Numbered from the stretch's first letter, positions 18,452 through 27,506 are shown. The stretch is DNA of 64,000 bases from Candidatus Chisholmbacteria bacterium RIFCSPHIGHO2_01_FULL_52_32 (GCA_001816585.1 MHCJ01000003.1:11013-75012), one strand, 5' to 3'. Numbers and translations are program-made. Notes: generated by a model from the sequence alone, not told the origin.

Positions 18452-19777
18452 ATGGATGAACGGTACCGGAAATTCATTTTTCCTTCCGGTTTAACACTTC
18501 TGACGGTGCCGATGCCGGGGGTCGAGAGCGTGACCATTCTTGTGATGGTGCGGACCGGGAGCCGCGACGAACCTTCTGAGCTTTCGGGGATTTCCCATTT
18601 TCTCGAGCACATGGTCTTTAAGGGAACGGCGAAGTATCCTTCGGCCTTGGCGTTGACCTCGGCGATTGATTCAGTGGGAGGGGAATTCAATGCCTTTACA
18701 AGCAAGGAGTTCACCGGTTTTTACGTCAAGGTGGCAAGCGCCCATCTTGACAAAGGGATTGATGTTTTGTCTCAGATGCTCACAGCGCCGAAGCTTTTGG
18801 CGAGCGATATCGAGCGGGAGAAGGGGGTTGTGGTTGAGGAAATTAACCTTTATGAGGATTTACCAACGCACAAAGTTTCCGATGTGTTTGACCGGCTGAT
18901 GTACGGAGCCAATGGCTTGGGAAGAGAGACAGCGGGGAGCAAAGAAACAGTGAAGTCATTGTCGAGGGAAGACCTGCTCCGTTACCTTCGCGGGCGCTAC
19001 ACGGCGACGCGGACGGTGGTTGGTGTAGTCGGGGGGGTTGGTGGGATCGATGGAGAAAAGGAGATGCGAAGGATTCGGGAATCGGTCGGAAGAGCCTTTG
19101 CACCACTGGGCAAAGATCGTATATCTCGTTGGGGAAGTCCGGTTGAGCTGCCTCGTCGGTCTTCCGTTGCCCTCCATCCCAAGAAGACCAACCAGGCGCA
19201 TTTTATCTTGGGTGTTCCGGCGTTCCGGCGAGGGCATCGGGATCGGTTTGCCTTGGCGGTTTTGGCAACAATCCTTGGGGGAAACATGAGCTCGAGGCTG
19301 TTTTCGGAAGTCCGCGAGAAGCGAGGCCTGGCCTACTACGTCAAGTCCGATGTCGATATTTTCTTTGATACGGGAAGCATTTCGGTCCATACCGGGGTAG
19401 AGGTGGGTAAAATCGACGAGGCGATTCGGGTTACGCTTTTGCAACTTCGGCTTGCGGCAAACGGGAGCCGGGGACAAGGGATTTCTGCAACGGAAGTGGT
19501 TGCGGCAAAAGATTATCTCAAGGGCCAGTTTATTCTTGATCTTGAAGACAGCCATGAGGTGGCGGATCACTTTGTCCGTCGCTACCTTTTGGAGCAACGG
19601 ATTCTTACCCCAGGTGAGTTTTTGGCAATGATTGACCGGGTGCGACCCACGGATGTGGTACGGGTAGCTAAAACGCTTTTTAATGGGGATGGGCTGCGGT
19701 TGGCGGTGGTGGGACCGTACTCGGAAAAGGATAGACAGCGATGGGAGAGGATGATACAGTTAAAAGTGAAAAGTTAA
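18452..19777 (+). CDS. M16 family zinc peptidase (insulinase/pitrilysin-like)
   Basis: Inverted zinc motif HFLEH plus downstream E. Two-domain M16 architecture. The C-terminal tail ...QLKVKS is encoded by a GTGAAAA/GTTAAAA heptamer tract. Confidence 0.8.
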   Translation: MDERYRKFIFPSGLTLLTVPMPGVESVTILVMVRTGSRDEPSELSGISHFLEHMVFKGTAKYPSALALTSAIDSVGGEFNAFTSKEFTGFYVKVASAHLDKGIDVLSQMLTAPKLLASDIEREKGVVVEEINLYEDLPTHKVSDVFDRLMYGANGLGRETAGSKETVKSLSREDLLRYLRGRYTATRTVVGVVGGVGGIDGEKEMRRIRESVGRAFAPLGKDRISRWGSPVELPRRSSVALHPKKTNQAHFILGVPAFRRGHRDRFALAVLATILGGNMSSRLFSEVREKRGLAYYVKSDVDIFFDTGSISVHTGVEVGKIDEAIRVTLLQLRLAANGSRGQGISATEVVAAKDYLKGQFILDLEDSHEVADHFVRRYLLEQRILTPGEFLAMIDRVRPTDVVRVAKTLFNGDGLRLAVVGPYSEKDRQRWERMIQLKVKS

Positions 19778-19799
19778 AAGTGAAAAGTTGGGAGAAGGG

Positions 19800-20264
19800 A
19801 TGGAGCAAACGGTGGTACTCGTCAAGCCGGATGCGATGCAGCGAGGGCTTGTCGGGCAGATTATCAGTCGGTTTGAGCAAAAAGGATTGAAGCTGGTCGC
19901 CATCAAAATGATGGAGCTTTCCGATGAGGTTTTGGACGAGTGGTATGCACACCACAAGGGGAAGCCGTTTTTTGAGAATCTGAAGATCTTCATGAGGAGT
20001 GCTCCGATTATTGCCATGCTCTGGGAGGGATTGGAGGCAGTTGAGGCGGTGCGAAAGCTTTGTGGCGTTACCAAAGCCAGGGCGGCCGAGGCGGGGAGCA
20101 TCCGTGGGGACTTCGGGATGAGCCAGCAGCTTAATTTAGTCCATGCGTCTGATTCACTTGAGATGGCCAAGAAGGAGAAGGATCTCATTTTCTCCCCTGG
20201 GGAGATTTTCAGTTATGAACACGGTGCGCACCCGTTGATTTACTCCGAAGAGGAGAGGGAGTAG
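19800..20264 (+). CDS. ndk: Nucleoside diphosphate kinase
   Basis: VVLVKPDAMQRGLVGQIISRFEQKGLKLVAIKMM and the active-site region NLVHASDS. ATG at 19800. Confidence 0.9.
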   Translation: MEQTVVLVKPDAMQRGLVGQIISRFEQKGLKLVAIKMMELSDEVLDEWYAHHKGKPFFENLKIFMRSAPIIAMLWEGLEAVEAVRKLCGVTKARAAEAGSIRGDFGMSQQLNLVHASDSLEMAKKEKDLIFSPGEIFSYEHGAHPLIYSEEERE

Positions 20265-20350
20265 AGATAGGCATTAGGCACTAGGCAATAGGGTAGAGGG
20301 TAAAGGGAGAAGTCTTCGGTTTTCAGTCTTCAGTTTTTTAAGCCGAGTGA
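20265..20350. repeat. Heptamer repeat tract (TAGGCAx/TAGGGTA then TTCAGTC types)
   Basis: agatagg cattagg cactagg caatagg gtagagg gtaaagg ... cttcggt tttcagt cttcagt ttt. Confidence 0.75.
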
Positions 20351-20431
20351 GACAGACCTTTAAAGGAGGCTCCCTGCAAGGTAAGGCCTATACTTGAGTT
20401 TCCAAGAGGAAGTAGTATACTTCCTGGAATT

Positions 20432-20926
20432 ATGAGTAGAAGTGGGCCTGAAGCGCCAGGAAAAGAAGAGAAGCTAAGCTCCGCTGAGGTGTTTGTTGAG
20501 GCGAAGCGATTACTCGGGGCATTTAAAGAAAACCTGAGAACGACACCCGAGTTCTCGAACGCTGTTGTGGATGGTTATTTCAGCGAGGAGCCCTACGACA
20601 GGAGTAACTTTGGTCACGTACCGGTTGAGATCACAAGGGGTGGTTTTCGTTATTCCATTAGCTACGTCGCAGTCAAGAACATTATCGGCCGTACGGAACA
20701 TGAATTACAGATTATCCGGGAACGATCGGGAGAGAAACAGCCAGGAGATTTGACAGAGGAAATGGATTTGTTAGTGGAACCTAATTCAGCCCGTATCCGA
20801 TTTATGAGGGGAACACGAGATAGCGATGAAATTTGGAATGAAGAAGGTTTGGAGCTCCATATTTCGACGCCGACTGCGGTTGAGAATGCTGAGGCATTTC
20901 TTCGAGATCTTCAGGGAACCACTTAA
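20432..20926 (+). CDS. Hypothetical protein
   Basis: 164-aa ORF with an ATG start. No recognisable motifs. Flanked by REP palindromes. Confidence 0.35.
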   Translation: MSRSGPEAPGKEEKLSSAEVFVEAKRLLGAFKENLRTTPEFSNAVVDGYFSEEPYDRSNFGHVPVEITRGGFRYSISYVAVKNIIGRTEHELQIIRERSGEKQPGDLTEEMDLLVEPNSARIRFMRGTRDSDEIWNEEGLELHISTPTAVENAEAFLRDLQGTT

Positions 20927-20930
20927 GGAG

Positions 20931-20965
20931 ATTTAAAGACCTTGAAAGGTCTGACCTTTCAAGGT
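20931..20965. repeat. REP palindrome doublet (ACCTTGAAAGGTCTGACCTTTCAAGGT)
   Basis: Perfect inverted 12-mers ACCTTGAAAGGT / ACCTTTCAAGGT. The same element recurs at about 21447-21475, 21660-21695, 29668-29703, 39463-39493 and 51815-51852. A variant CCTTTAAAGGAGNCTCCCTGCAAGG occurs at 10252-10285, 20355-20385, 36690-36720 and 51146-51180. Confidence 0.8.
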
Positions 20966-21651
20966 CGGTCGATGGTGAGACCTGGAAGGAATGGGTCCGG
21001 CGTTTCATCCTTGGTTTCCACGAACGATTCGTAGGAGGTAAAGTCGATACTCCCGATTCTTCTTCTCGATTTGAAAAAGGCGAGGATTTCTTTCGGCTGA
21101 ATCCATGCGGTCGTTCGCAGCCCAAGATACTCCGCGTAACTTGAGTAGGGATAGTCTTTGAGCGGTTTTTCCCAAAATTTCATTGGATTTTTGTGGATGT
21201 AGCGACTGAGGTGGAGGAACTGCTCGTTGGTTTCCACAAGTACGGCTTTATACACACTCTCAAATAATGATCCTAATCTTCCGTGTGTCTTGTTGAAGTG
21301 AACAGCATACCGAGTTGCTAGGGACTGCATGAATTGTTTCATCATATTTTTTGTCTGTTGCATTACCAGGAGATGGAAGTGATTTGGCATCAGGCAGTAC
21401 GCGAGCAGCTTGAGTTTCCCGGAACAATTCTTGGGTTGATGCGGTATACCTTGAAAGGTCGAACCTTTCAAGGTGAAGGATTGGACGAGGGCTTGTGGGT
21501 TTGGCGGGGGTGAGAGCGCTGTTTTTAGGATATTTAGGAAGACCTGATAATCTTTTTTGCCGACAAAAATAGATCGTTTCTCAACACCCCGATTGTAAAT
21601 ATGGTAGTACCCACCTTCGACATTGATCTTGCGGGTGTGCTTTCGAGGCAT
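20959..21651 (-). CDS. IS200/IS605-family Y1 (HUH) transposase homolog; REP-associated tyrosine transposase (RAYT)
   Basis: MPRKHTRKINVEGGYYHIYNRG ... LLAYCLMPNHFHLLVMQ (HuH motif) ... catalytic Tyr region. REP copies lie immediately upstream (21660-21695), inside the gene (21447-21475) and downstream (20931-20965). Confidence 0.8.
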   Translation of the reverse strand: MPRKHTRKINVEGGYYHIYNRGVEKRSIFVGKKDYQVFLNILKTALSPPPNPQALVQSFTLKGSTFQGIPHQPKNCSGKLKLLAYCLMPNHFHLLVMQQTKNMMKQFMQSLATRYAVHFNKTHGRLGSLFESVYKAVLVETNEQFLHLSRYIHKNPMKFWEKPLKDYPYSSYAEYLGLRTTAWIQPKEILAFFKSRRRIGSIDFTSYESFVETKDETPDPFLPGLTIDRP

Positions 21652-21699
21652 AATATTTATCCTACCTTGAAAGGTCTGACCTTTCAAGGTTGGTGTTTG

Positions 21700-23874
21700 T
21701 TACGCTTCTTTTATTGTTCTTGAGTATCTTTCGCGGGAGACGCGCAGGACTTTTTCCCGGTTTTGGTTCTTGGAGCGGGGTAAAGGCAGGGTAATGGCAG
21801 GGAAGGGAGCGGAGGTGGCGTTATCGATCGAGAGTTTGATGACGATTTGGTACTTACCGAGGCTCACCAGCTCTTCCTGGGTGTAAACCCCGCCAAATTC
21901 CTTCATCAGGTGCTCGGCGTCTTCGGCACCGACGAGGAAGCCTACCAAGGTTCCTGCATTGCCGAAGATTGCCTTTTCGAGCTCCTCGTTAAGCTGGGCG
22001 ATGTATTGGTTGGCAAGGATGAGGTCCAGGCGGTATTTGCGTGCTTCGGAGAGGATTTTAATGAAGCTCGTTGTCGCAAAGTTCTGGAACTCGTCCACGT
22101 AGAGGTAGAAGTCGCGGCGCTGTGCCTCCGGGATGTTTATCCGGTTCATCGCGGCAAGCTGCATCTTGGTGATGAACATGGCGCCAAGTAGGGCGGCATT
22201 GTCTTCGCCGAGTTTCCCTTGGGCGAGGTTGACGATCAAGATCTTTCCGCTGTTCATGAGTTCCTCTAGGTTCAACGAAGAATGCGGATGGCTGATGATT
22301 TCTCTGATGGTCGGGCTGGTGACGAATTGGCCGACTTTGTTGAGGATGGGCGAGATGGCTTCCGAGCGAAGCTTGGGGTTCATCTGCGCGTACTCCTTGG
22401 TCCAGAACGTTTTGAGGGCATCTTCAGGGAGCCGGTCCACGATTGACTGGCGGAAGCTGTCATCGGTGAGGATCCGTGGCACGTCGACTAGGGTTGAACC
22501 GGGCCGCTGGACTAAGGTGAGGATCGAGTTTCGCAGGATATACTCAAGGCGCGGCCCCCAGGAGTAGTAGTAGAGCTTATAGAAGATGGCAACGATCCCG
22601 GAGGCGACCAGCTCGGCGTGGGCGGGATCGTCGACCTCCAAGGGATTCATCCGGATGACGTGCTTTGTGTCTGAGGGATCAAAGTAGACGACGTCGTTTA
22701 ACCGTTTTGCGGGAATATAGTCAAGCAGTATGTCACAGAGGTCGCCGTGGGGGTCGATGATGGCCAGGCCCTCGTCGTTTCGCATGTCGGCGATTGCGAG
22801 GTTTGCAATCAGGGTTGATTTTCCGGTACCGGTTTTTCCGATGATGTAAATGTGCTTTCTTCGGTCAAGCCGCTTGATGCCGAAGATTTGCATGCGGTTT
22901 TTAAACTCGGTGCGGGCGATGAAGTTGATCTCCCGCTTTTCCTCGTCGGTAAGGTCAATGGCAATCGGTAAGTTCTCCGGCGGTTCGCCGAGGAGGTTTG
23001 AGCCCCAAGCGATGTTGCGGATTTTGGCGAGGGTTAGGTTGGGAAGGTGATATAGTGTGGCTAGTTCTGATATATTCAGATAGTGTTTTGCCGGTGTATT
23101 TGCAAATGTACGGGTGGTGATTGACCTTAGAAATTCCCGTCTGAAAAGGGTGGGGGTTTTGAGCCGGAGGCTGTTTCCCTCGCCGATGGTGAAACTGCCA
23201 TACGAGCCGGCGATGTGCTTCAGGAGCTCTTGGGAGCGGGTTTTGCTGTCGGAATCAGTTACGAGCTTGATGCCTACCCGGAAACCAACCTCCGAGATTT
23301 TTCTTTCAATCAGCTCTTTTTGGGGATGGGCCTTGGTTTCTCCGGGTTGGCCGCCGACGGCTGGCACTCCTTTTTCAACGGCGCTTGCTCCTTTTGATTG
23401 CCAATTTCCAGAGGCAGGAGCCACCAAATACTGGACAAGCATCAGGTCATCGGGCTGGGCTTTTGCCATGGTTCCGAGGATGGCTGCCAACGGATCCACG
23501 TCCGTGAATTCTTTATAGGTTTTGAGGGGAAAATACGATGCTTGCGAGAGTGTGAGCAGGCCGACTGAGGGATTTTTCCACTCGTTCGGAGGCGGTAGGT
23601 ATTCTTTTACGGGGGTGATGATGATTTTCGGAAAGGAAGCGGAGAGTTGGGATTCGAGGTAACCTTGGACGTCCTTCGGGGCAACGACATAAAAGTGGGT
23701 GACTTGATTGATGGTGGCGATTTCGAGTGAGATGGGCTCCGGAATACCGAGGAGCTGTTTTAGAAAGGGCGTACGAAGGTGGGGAAGGGCGGCGAGGAAT
23801 TGGGCGGCGGCTTCGGGGGTTTCTTCGCTGTCGCGGGGAGTACGCAGTTCAAGGATGACGCGATCGGCAGTCAT
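21700..23874 (-). CDS. TraD/VirD4/TrwB-like coupling-protein-type P-loop ATPase with an unknown ~350-aa N-terminal region
   Basis: Walker A IIGKTGTGKST, IDPHGD, Walker B-like FYLYVDEFQNF, C-terminal LILANQYIAQL, consistent with the TrwB_AAD_bind / FtsK-HerA superfamily. The start could be as far upstream as 23976. Confidence 0.6.
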   Translation of the reverse strand: MTADRVILELRTPRDSEETPEAAAQFLAALPHLRTPFLKQLLGIPEPISLEIATINQVTHFYVVAPKDVQGYLESQLSASFPKIIITPVKEYLPPPNEWKNPSVGLLTLSQASYFPLKTYKEFTDVDPLAAILGTMAKAQPDDLMLVQYLVAPASGNWQSKGASAVEKGVPAVGGQPGETKAHPQKELIERKISEVGFRVGIKLVTDSDSKTRSQELLKHIAGSYGSFTIGEGNSLRLKTPTLFRREFLRSITTRTFANTPAKHYLNISELATLYHLPNLTLAKIRNIAWGSNLLGEPPENLPIAIDLTDEEKREINFIARTEFKNRMQIFGIKRLDRRKHIYIIGKTGTGKSTLIANLAIADMRNDEGLAIIDPHGDLCDILLDYIPAKRLNDVVYFDPSDTKHVIRMNPLEVDDPAHAELVASGIVAIFYKLYYYSWGPRLEYILRNSILTLVQRPGSTLVDVPRILTDDSFRQSIVDRLPEDALKTFWTKEYAQMNPKLRSEAISPILNKVGQFVTSPTIREIISHPHSSLNLEELMNSGKILIVNLAQGKLGEDNAALLGAMFITKMQLAAMNRINIPEAQRRDFYLYVDEFQNFATTSFIKILSEARKYRLDLILANQYIAQLNEELEKAIFGNAGTLVGFLVGAEDAEHLMKEFGGVYTQEELVSLGKYQIVIKLSIDNATSAPFPAITLPLPRSKNQNREKVLRVSRERYSRTIKEA

Positions 23875-23884
23875 GAGGAAATCA

Positions 23885-24100
23885 TAGCATATTCGCCCCT
23901 TTCTTTGCTTGTCCAAAGAAAGGGGCGAAAGAAAGGACACCCCAGTGAACGATCTCTCGGGAACTCGTTCGCTCATCCTTCGTCATCAAACTCCTCGGGA
24001 TAAACCCTTCGTCGAACAGTCGATGACATTTCAGCGGTATTCGCTCACTTCGTTCTCGAGTAGCTCCGTTCAAAGGGGGGGAGCATTTTATGCTTGAAGA
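23885..24100. repeat. Approximately 200-bp repeat element, copy A (second copy at 60925-61140)
   Basis: Shared blocks with copy B: CTTGTCCAAAGARRGGGG, CCCCAGTGARCGWTCTYTCGRGA, CTCGARTAGCTCCGYTCAAAGGGG. Contains the hairpin CCCCTTTCTTTG-cttgtc-CAAAGAAAGGGG. Confidence 0.5.
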
Positions 24101-24127
24101 TACGGGTATGGTACAATTTTGGCAACA

Positions 24128-24199
24128 CGGAGCGTAGTTCACCGGTAGAACGCTCGGTTCGGGACCGAGAGGTACTGGGTTCAATTCCCAGCGCTCCGA
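24128..24199 (+). tRNA. tRNA-Pro (anticodon CGG)
   Basis: CGGAGCGTAGTTCACCGGTAGAACGCTCGGTTCGGGACCGAGAGGTACTGGGTTCAATTCCCAGCGCTCCGA. Cloverleaf with anticodon loop TT-CGG-GA. Confidence 0.8.
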
Positions 24200-24209
24200 C
24201 TCTTTCCAT

Positions 24210-24281
24210 GTCCCTGTAGCTCAACGGATAGAGCAGAGGTTTCCTAAACCTCCGATAGAGGTTCAATTCCTCTCAGGGACA
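24210..24281 (+). tRNA. tRNA-Arg (anticodon CCT)
   Basis: GTCCCTGTAGCTCAACGGATAGAGCAGAGGTTTCCTAAACCTCCGATAGAGGTTCAATTCCTCTCAGGGACA. Anticodon loop TT-CCT-AA. Confidence 0.8.
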
Positions 24282-24720
24282 CTGCTTGGATAGGGAAAAT
24301 ATCTCCTCGTGAACCTTCGGAATAGGGTTTGTGTTCATCGGCACGCTTCTCCTCTTTCGCTTTTTCGGTCTGGGCATGATGATAGACGTTCCAATCCTGC
24401 TCGCTCATATCTGCGTATCCCGGAGCCGAGGCGATGTTGGCCATGGTTCCCAGGGTCCTATCGCCGATCGGGCGGTAGAAGGCGCCGACAACGATCTCCA
24501 CTTCGCGCTCGAAAACGACGATTGTGGCGTTTAACTCATCGAACGTTTGCTCAATGCCTGGCACAATGAGGAGACCGAAGACGCCATATCCTTCGGTGTC
24601 TTCCCGAGCGTGGTCGCCTTCATGGCTCACCGGTTCGTCAATAACGTGGGAAGGAGTGTCCCTTTCTGCCGCAGCTCTGGCGAGGTCGCCTAAGTTTGAA
24701 CCGACAACTTCCGTGTGCAT
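24244..24720 (-). CDS. Hypothetical acidic protein; 3' end overlaps tRNA-Arg on the opposite strand
   Basis: 158-aa ORF with an ATG at 24720. No family recognised. The 37-bp antisense overlap with the tRNA argues for caution. Confidence 0.35.
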   Translation of the reverse strand: MHTEVVGSNLGDLARAAAERDTPSHVIDEPVSHEGDHAREDTEGYGVFGLLIVPGIEQTFDELNATIVVFEREVEIVVGAFYRPIGDRTLGTMANIASAPGYADMSEQDWNVYHHAQTEKAKEEKRADEHKPYSEGSRGDIFPIQAVSLRGIEPLSEV

Positions 24721-24853
24721 TTGGTCTCTTTTCTCACACCGTGTAAAGTCGGCAGGCAGCGTTGAAAATATAAATTGAGGTTCCTGCTGGGATTACGAAT
24801 CTAAAGATTGAGGATAGTCAGGAGCCAATCCGATAGATCACCTACAATTTAGG

Positions 24854-25288
24854 TTACGGTTGTGACAATGTTTCATCTTCAGCTGCGTTCGGCTTGAGCC
24901 TCTTGTCAATCTCGGAAATCAATTCATGAATTGCTGCAGTTTCGAGTTGACGTGTCTCTAGCAATTGTTGCAAGGTGAGTCCTTGGCTCTCTAGATTAGC
25001 TAGAGTCATCTTTAAGCGTTCTCCGTACTCCGAAGTTCTGTTTGATATCTTATCTGCAACAAGCGTTACCGCGAGTAACCTGATAACTGTACGTCTGTGT
25101 TCATCAGGGACACTTTCATTGAGCCACTCAAGCCTCTTGTCTTGGTCGATACGATCAAAAGCCATTTGTGCATAGGTTGTTACGAGACCCATGTCAGCCT
25201 CGTCCAGGCTGATATCTCCGACGACGCCAAGTATATCTTGAGCTATCTGAGAGAATTTGTCTTTCCTCAACGTTTCTTTATCTGGCAT
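24854..25288 (-). CDS. Hypothetical small acidic helical protein
   Basis: 144-aa ORF, ATG start, first of three tandem small acidic proteins on the minus strand. Confidence 0.4.
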   Translation of the reverse strand: MPDKETLRKDKFSQIAQDILGVVGDISLDEADMGLVTTYAQMAFDRIDQDKRLEWLNESVPDEHRRTVIRLLAVTLVADKISNRTSEYGERLKMTLANLESQGLTLQQLLETRQLETAAIHELISEIDKRLKPNAAEDETLSQP

Positions 25289-25407
25289 ATCGTTACATTT
25301 TCAATCTTTCTCAGCGATGGACATATTGTACCGCAAGAGTCAATGTTTTGTTCGGGATTGAGAGTTGGGGCTTACTGCACGTTGAGCTTTTATGTGGACT
25401 TTGCTTA

Positions 25408-25716
25408 TTATGGGCGTGCGTTTAAGTCTTTCGATCTCTGTTTTCGTTCCTCAAGCTCACTTTGCATTCCGTTCATCGCGGTGTCGAACTCTTGCATAAA
25501 CTGATCGAATTCATCTTGGGTTGCATACTCCGCAAGGAGGTGGATAACTGGGGGAAGTATAGATTGTAGTTTCGTGAGTAATTTGTCTGCTGCCGCAGTG
25601 TCAGAAGAAATGCCGAGTATCTCTCGTAATGTTTCATCTGGTTCAGCGCTGAGCGCGCGTTGCCGCTCGTGCCAGATCGAAGCTATTGGAACCGACTTCA
25701 ACTGCCCGCATGCCAC
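25408..25716 (-). CDS. Hypothetical small acidic protein (paralogous to 25818..26135)
   Basis: 102 aa with a GTG start. Shares the IWHERQRAL / EKWQAEARQRL-type segment and a conserved 5' leader motif with neighbouring genes. Confidence 0.4.
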   Translation of the reverse strand: MACGQLKSVPIASIWHERQRALSAEPDETLREILGISSDTAAADKLLTKLQSILPPVIHLLAEYATQDEFDQFMQEFDTAMNGMQSELEERKQRSKDLNARP

Positions 25717-25817
25717 TATTCTCTCACATCGTGTAAAGTGAGAAACTGCGTATCGTAGTCAGACTCAATGAAGCTTTGTACGGGTGGAGAGTTTCACGAA
25801 TGGGCAGAATGTAGCGC

Positions 25818-26135
25818 TTAGTGTTCTTGACCAAGATATGCATTGATTTCATCTAATCGTTGTCGTGCTTCTGCCTGCCATTTTTCAATCAAATCAAGAT
25901 CCTCAGTTTCCAGTTTACCCGCAGCATCCATTTGGGGAAGTATATTGTTTAATGCCGTCGTTATTGCGTTTATTGTGATCAAATACCGTTGGATCTCGTC
26001 CGGTATGTTGATTTGTAACCACCGCTCGACTTCGGCCTCATCTCTACCTTCCGCAAACATCTGGAGCAGTGTTGAGGCGAGCCTGTCTAATTCCTGAGGA
26101 TCGGAGATGATTCTTCCTGATTCCACGGTTGGCAT
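25818..26135 (-). CDS. Hypothetical small acidic protein
   Basis: 105 aa, ATG start. Confidence 0.4.
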   Translation of the reverse strand: MPTVESGRIISDPQELDRLASTLLQMFAEGRDEAEVERWLQINIPDEIQRYLITINAITTALNNILPQMDAAGKLETEDLDLIEKWQAEARQRLDEINAYLGQEH

Positions 26136-26531
26136 AAATGGTTAGCGCTAATACGTTCAAACAAACGCTCAGCTTAGTGGAATATTTTGTGGGGGAGGGG
26201 GTTCTAGGGACTGAGGGGACTCTTCTGATTGGTGTTGTCTCGTATCTGGAACATGTCCGGGGGCAGTGAGCATCCAAAGTAAGGTATGACCGAAGCCGCG
26301 CAAGGTTCTTCCGAGCTCCTGGTGGAAGTACATCCCGAGCGGTTCTTGTTTCTGATTCGAGCTTATATCCGACTGCGGTACTTCCTGGTGGTAATTAGGT
26401 TTCGGTTCCATGATCTGATCACTCGAGCGGAAAGCCCTTGAGGGGATTCCTCTGAGTATGAGATATACAGGGGAAGTATACCAGAGCGGTCAATTTAATT
26501 ATCTTGGAAGGAGGGGCCTTGGACGGGGGGG

Positions 26532-27491
26532 CTAATTCTTCCTTCCCTTCGGAGTGAGGGAGAAGTCGAGATCGACGGTGATATTCGAATCAATAGTCGT
26601 GGTTTTGCGAATTTTCGTGAATCCTTGCGCATCAGCCTCCACATCATAACTTCCCGGATCGAGGCTGAATGTATAGTTTCCTGAAGCGTCGGTAGATGTC
26701 GTCGCAATGACTCTGGGTTTCCCTTTTGCGCCCGGAAGCATGACGGACATATTCGTTCCCGGGAGAGGATTGCCGGTTGTGGCATGGATGACGGTGCCTG
26801 TCAGCGTCCCTTTGGCTGTTGGGGGGACAGTAGGTGTTGGAGAGACAGTGGGCGTCGGGGTTGGTGGAACAGGATTGACGACTATCGTCGCAGTTTCTCC
26901 GGTAAAGCTTAAGTTTGCAGAGGTCATGTCAACCAGCTGGGTACCGACGGTGTCGAGATTAACTGTGGTTGTCTGGTTTTGCTCTTGGGTTTTCGGTCCG
27001 AATGCAACTTCGGCAAACTCAAATATGCCTGTCGGCGGGGTGGCTCTGTTTGCCGGGGAAAGACCGAGAACGATGAGAATTCTTCCGGTTGTGTTTGCAT
27101 CCGTCAGGGAGGTTTTAGTAACGACGGTACTCATAAGGTTCGTGGGGGCGATTTCTTGGGTGAGTGCAATTTTTGTTTGATCAAAGGCCAGCTCAACACG
27201 GGCAAACCCTAGTTGATTCGATTGCGCATCGAACATGAGTTTCAACGCGGTGTTCGGGGGGATGGTAGCTTGCGATGGGGTGAAATACATTTTTACCACT
27301 TGCTCCTGCGCCTTCGAGCGAAGCTCAGTTTTTCTCTGGACGAGGGAAATACTCAGCGGCATTGCCAATAACACGATTGCCAACAGTATCAATTTTTGGA
27401 AAGTCGAAGGCGGTAATTTGTACCTAAACGGCATTGACTGCGTTCCTTTGTCTGCGAAACCGCTTCCAAGTTGATTCATCCATTCGGGCAT
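26532..27491 (-). CDS. Secreted/anchored protein with a C-terminal carboxypeptidase-regulatory-like (CarboxypepD_reg) domain
   Basis: N-terminal TM anchor, PTPTPT linker, C-terminal GTLTGTVIHATTGNPLPGTNMSV...DASGNYTFSLDPGSYDVEA. The start is ambiguous (27479, 27491 or 27503). Confidence 0.5.
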   Translation of the reverse strand: MPEWMNQLGSGFADKGTQSMPFRYKLPPSTFQKLILLAIVLLAMPLSISLVQRKTELRSKAQEQVVKMYFTPSQATIPPNTALKLMFDAQSNQLGFARVELAFDQTKIALTQEIAPTNLMSTVVTKTSLTDANTTGRILIVLGLSPANRATPPTGIFEFAEVAFGPKTQEQNQTTTVNLDTVGTQLVDMTSANLSFTGETATIVVNPVPPTPTPTVSPTPTVPPTAKGTLTGTVIHATTGNPLPGTNMSVMLPGAKGKPRVIATTSTDASGNYTFSLDPGSYDVEADAQGFTKIRKTTTIDSNITVDLDFSLTPKGRKN

Positions 27492-27506
27492 AGACTTTAC
27501 CACTTT

